A stretch of DNA of 64,000 nucleotides, taken from the NCBI RefSeq assembly GCF_009834535.1, contig NC_045696.1:38876001-38940000 (forward strand), read 5' to 3'. The notes beneath the pieces are model-generated. The model was not told the origin of the DNA, did not search any database, and saw nothing but the letters and a program-made list of their open reading frames with translations. The translations under genes and the position numbers were made by a program. Source of the DNA: Camelus ferus (lineage: Eukaryota). Below are positions 59,633-64,000 of this stretch, in pieces. Every line of letters starts with the position of its first letter. The stretch's first letter is position 1.

Positions 59633-61349
59633 CTGTAGGAGTAGGGAGATACAGAAAACTTTCATTGTATCTCCTACTGTGGACTTAGGAGCCTCCAAAT
59701 GAATGCTGAGAGATTTAAACTGTTATCTTTCATTTCCCTCTTTCATGTATGCAAAAAGTAAACATAAAAATGTAGAATTACTGAGAAATAAAAGCATATA
59801 TAAGGCTATAAGGTAGATGTTACAAAGCTACTTCAATAAATGTAATTATATCTTTTAGAACACCTGACTTCTCTTGTAAATTATCCCAGAGTTTTTCAAT
59901 AACAAGCATTAGGTGCTTGATAATCCATGAAAAAGGGATGGCAAATCACAACCCAAGGTTCTATGAAAAAAAGACAAATATTCAGGTATCAAGCTTTTGA
60001 CAATCAATGCTTTATATAGATGCTCAGAGGGGGATGATGTGAGAAGTGGTCGTATTTTTAAAAATCCATTCAAAACTGTATGGAAATTGGAAAGCAAGGT
60101 ATAAGCCTGTATCAATATGCTTAGTACAATTAATAACAAAGTGAGTTATATCAAATTTATTTTGATAAAATGATCTATATGATTTGTTCCATGATATCAG
60201 AAGGCTAACTTAAAGTAGATTCTACAGATGCCTGTCCTTAAGTTGAGATTTAGAGGAACAGATTGAGTGAGATTTGAATCTCTAACACAAGAGGAAAAGT
60301 CGATTCAAGCGGCACAAATGGAATTCCTGAAGTCAGACCCATCCCTTGGGTAAGACAGACACCTGTGGCCTCATGCTTGGGTGAGGCATTGCACCTTCTC
60401 TTTTCCACATATCACTGGAATTCAGTTTTGAAATTTCTGTCCACAATGATCTCTGAAGTGGCCCAAACAAAATTGTTGATGCAGCCTGCTTTCAGATGCA
60501 GTTGTCTCGGAAGCCTCTTATTTTTCAAGTGGCTGCATTTTTTAAGTGGCCTACAAGGTATGGTCTTGCCTGGCTGGTATGGAATGAAAAATACTGAAAT
60601 AGCTATAAAATGACAGGCTTCTGGAGCCTTATACAGAGATGAATTAAATGATATTAACATTTAGAAATTTTGAAAAAGATGGTTTGGGGAGTAATAGGAA
60701 ATGTTTGGAATACAGGTGTTTTGTAGTTACTGCTGTAGCAGTCTCTGCAGCTAAGGGCTGGCAAAGGCAATCTCTTTCTTCTCTCACTACGTGTTTTTTA
60801 GGGTGGGAGTGATGGACCCAAAGACAGAACCTTGGGAAAGTTTCATTTGAAGACCAGAAGTCTAAATCTAACAGTACCTTAAAGGATATGAATAGCCATA
60901 AATTTACCACATAGCCAGCAATATGTCATCAGCAATTTTATTTGACTTCAAAATAGGTGGATTGCTGATGAAGTTTGGTTTTTGTTTTTGTTTCTGTTTT
61001 CCTTTTTTGAGGTTTTAATTGGAAGGATTTTTTTTTCCCAAAGGAAGAATTGATAAACAAACAAATGAACCCTTCAGGGACAAGTTAACAAAGAAACTTT
61101 TATGGTATTTGAGAAAATGAGATTAAAATATAAGATTGGTATTAGGGTTCCTATACTTTACTAGTATACTAATTAAAGTTATTTTAAAATAATGTTTAAC
61201 TGGATATTTCAGGTAAGTTATAGTTTCAAAGAAACAGATATTTATTAAAGTTCAATGAAATTGTGTATTTTATACATAGCCTTCTTCCCAAATGGATTTG
61301 TGTTGACTTACGAGGATATATGTAAGGACTAAAGAGAAATTAAGATAAA

Positions 61350-61700
61350 TATATCAGTTAGGATTCTTTGTTTCTACTGATAGAAAACATAACCTAAACT
61401 GGATATAATCAAGCAGACAAACAAAAAGGGTAAATTTAATATTTATTAGTTCATATTATTGCAAATACAGCAATGGGGCTGGCTATAGAAAAAGATTTAG
61501 CCAATGGCTCAAATGATAGAGCCAAAATCTCAGTTTTTCTCTGTTATTCTGGTTTGCCTTCTGCTTCTGAGCTTCAGCATCAGACCCCACGTGAATGCCG
61601 TTGCCTGTACGTTGTTCCAGATTTCCCGAAAAGGCTGCAGATGCTCTCAGGTAGCACAAATGGCAGACCTCACATGACACTGAGTTTAACCACATTTTCT
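61350..61700. mobile_element. Old MaLR LTR fragment (MLT1J/K-like)
   Basis: tcagttaggattctttg...tagaaaac...ctaaactgg...tttattagttcata...ggctcaaatgat. Confidence 0.45.
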
Positions 61701-61931
61701 TCTTAAATATTATAAGTTACTATGAGAAATGTAGAGTTATTTCAAGGGCATTATTCTGTGTTACCAGGGGTTATAAGCTGCCAATCTGCATTTCAGTTAA
61801 GGCTCCTTTCTGGTAATCAGCTTAAACTCTGTTTACTAAGTGCAAAGCTACATTATCATGGTTTTCACAGTATCCCTGTGTCTTTAAATTATGAAATTTT
61901 TGATATCTATGCTCATATTTTCCATATTTAA

Positions 61932-62237
<306 letters not shown>

Positions 62238-62659
62238 TAATTTCATTATCATGTTATAAAATCTTGTTAACCTTGTAGTACCTTAAAATAATAAGTATCA
62301 GCCAGCCATAATTTGCAGTTTATTTTATGCAGATATGTAGGTAAATCTTGATTAATTAAACCAGAATATTTTCCAAATATTTGTCTTTTCCTCTCAGAAG
62401 ATCTTCACAAATTTGCAGTTTACTTTCAGGTAGCATTGCCTTCTTTTTACCTCCCTCTTTATAAGAGGAGCAAAACAAGCAGAAAGGTGAATCATTTTTA
62501 TAGGTTCTATGGATAATTAGACAGTTTCCCAAGAGTGTGGTATGCATATCAGTAGTAGCAAGCAGAATGACTTTAAGTCATTTAAGTAGTAAGTATGTGA
62601 ACATATTATTTTAATAACTGAAAAATATATAAAGCTAGCATATTCAATACATAATGCAT

Positions 62660-63130
62660 AAGTTAAAGTTAGGTTCTGTGACTAAAAGAAAACCCCCATA
62701 ACGGTGGACTAAATAAGATAGAGAGGCTTCTTTTTCTGTCATCTAAGTAAGTTTATAAGAGATATTCCAAGCTACACAGCCGAGGCATCTGACATCTTTC
62801 TGCCCTGCTATCCTTAATGCCTGATTTTCCTCCAAGATCCTCAAGATCCCCACGTTGTCACCTTAGCTAACTATCCTGTCTATATTCTGTCACAGGGATG
62901 AGAAAAGAACAGGGCAGAAGAATAGGTCTTCTTGCTAAATAAGCTCTCTTTAAAGAGCTTACTCAGGAGCCCCAACTAATGACTCTTAGACTTCACTGGC
63001 TACCTCATCTGTAAATGAAGCTGGATTTTTTTTTTAAGCAAGGCATACTGTTGATTCCATAAATGATCAAGGTCCTATAAGTATGGAAGAAGAGGAGAGT
63101 GGATATTGGGTAGATAGCTAACATTTACAA
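62660..63130. mobile_element. Old MaLR LTR fragment (MLT1J-like)
   Basis: gttaggttctgtgac...ggactaaataagatagag...ctctgccctgctatccttaatg-like...gagtggatattgggtag. Confidence 0.45.
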
Positions 63131-64000
63131 TTGTAAATGCATTTGTTTAGGCAAACCATTAGTCAATTAATAAAAAATGTTGATTAAAAAATAGTATAGC
63201 CTGCATGCAGTTAGAACAAAAATTAGGAAGCTGGCACTCTTAATGACTGAATGGCTGGCGAGTGGGAATTGCTCCTAAGTCTGATGGTTAAAGGTGGACT
63301 TCATTGCTTCCAAACAGTGCTTCAGTTTGGGCAGAATCAGAAGCCTTACTGCTCCATTTTCTTATTGCAACAGCTTCAGTTTTACTTCTGTTTCAGTTTG
63401 CTATTTGGAATTACGAAAATGCCATTATTTCTTTTCTTCTGGTCATCATTCCCTTCTTCTACTGGATGAATTTGCCACTTGAAAATAACTAACTGCTGGT
63501 GTATTTTCAGGTGGGAATTAGTTTTAGGCAGCTGGGATAAGAAGCTGAAAATGGATGTGGAGAGTAATTTAGGTGTTTTAAGGTGCTCCCCAGCTGAGTT
63601 GGAAATCAGCTGAGATATGCTGAAGTTAGGCAGGGATCAAAAATAGCAAGTGTATTGAAAAAGCTGACTTTGGAGGGCAAGGTTTAGGTCTGGTCAGAGG
63701 ACTTGCTAACAGTCTCTTGAATTATGATTAACATCCCAGAATGCAAGCGTTCTTCCTCTGGGAAAGATCCTACTCTTCTAGGATCACTGCATGGCTCAGA
63801 ACAGGTGATGAGTATGCATGATTTAGATAAGCATGTGGCTCTCAAATGAGAGAGACAGACAGGGACAGAGAGAGGCAGAACAAAGGATGCTTAGTTCCAT
63901 TTCACACACTTAGCAGTTAAAGAAGTCTGTTTTTTCCCCCATAGAGAGGGGTAAAATTAGAGAGGGGAAATAGAGTAAACTAGAAGTGTCATTTTTGGAG

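Noticed and set aside
61200..61220. tttcag|gtaagt as a recursive splice site in ARL6 intron 1
   Set aside because: Weak pyrimidine tract, and the intron is only ~3 kb; recursive splicing is not expected here.

Overview
Mammalian (placental) genomic DNA, AT-rich and almost entirely intronic, UTR or intergenic. One young tRNA-derived SINE resembles camelid (alpaca/camel) SINEs, a tentative species assignment. The window holds the last four coding exons of the ephrin receptor kinase EPHA6 (+ strand: 16767-16916, 31694-31887, 42710-42859, 43901-44015). They encode the kinase C-lobe, SAM domain and PDZ-binding C-terminus, and splice together in frame with canonical GT-AG sites. These are followed by a probably very long 3' UTR, then the CpG-island promoter (~58150-58950), a candidate non-coding first exon and the first coding exon (62040-62162) of the ciliary GTPase ARL6/BBS3, also on +. 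The rest is ancient repeats (MIR, L2, MLT1, MER3, MER20, MER53, MADE2, MER5) and microsatellites. Apart from ORFs that overlap real exons (42660-42863, 62028-62240), the ORF track looks spurious. I see no evidence of a new multi-gene system. The best second-look items are regulatory or RNA-level: a MER53 hairpin with a duplicated miR-1302-like segment, an intronic CTCF site in a CpG patch, a dual AG|GT site 33 nt before an EPHA6 exon, candidate antisense exons, a ~12 kb 3' UTR, and an RFX X-box/ZNF143 promoter. Repeat family names and motif matches come from recalled consensus sequences, not from searches, and repeat boundaries are approximate unless target-site duplications (TSDs) are given.
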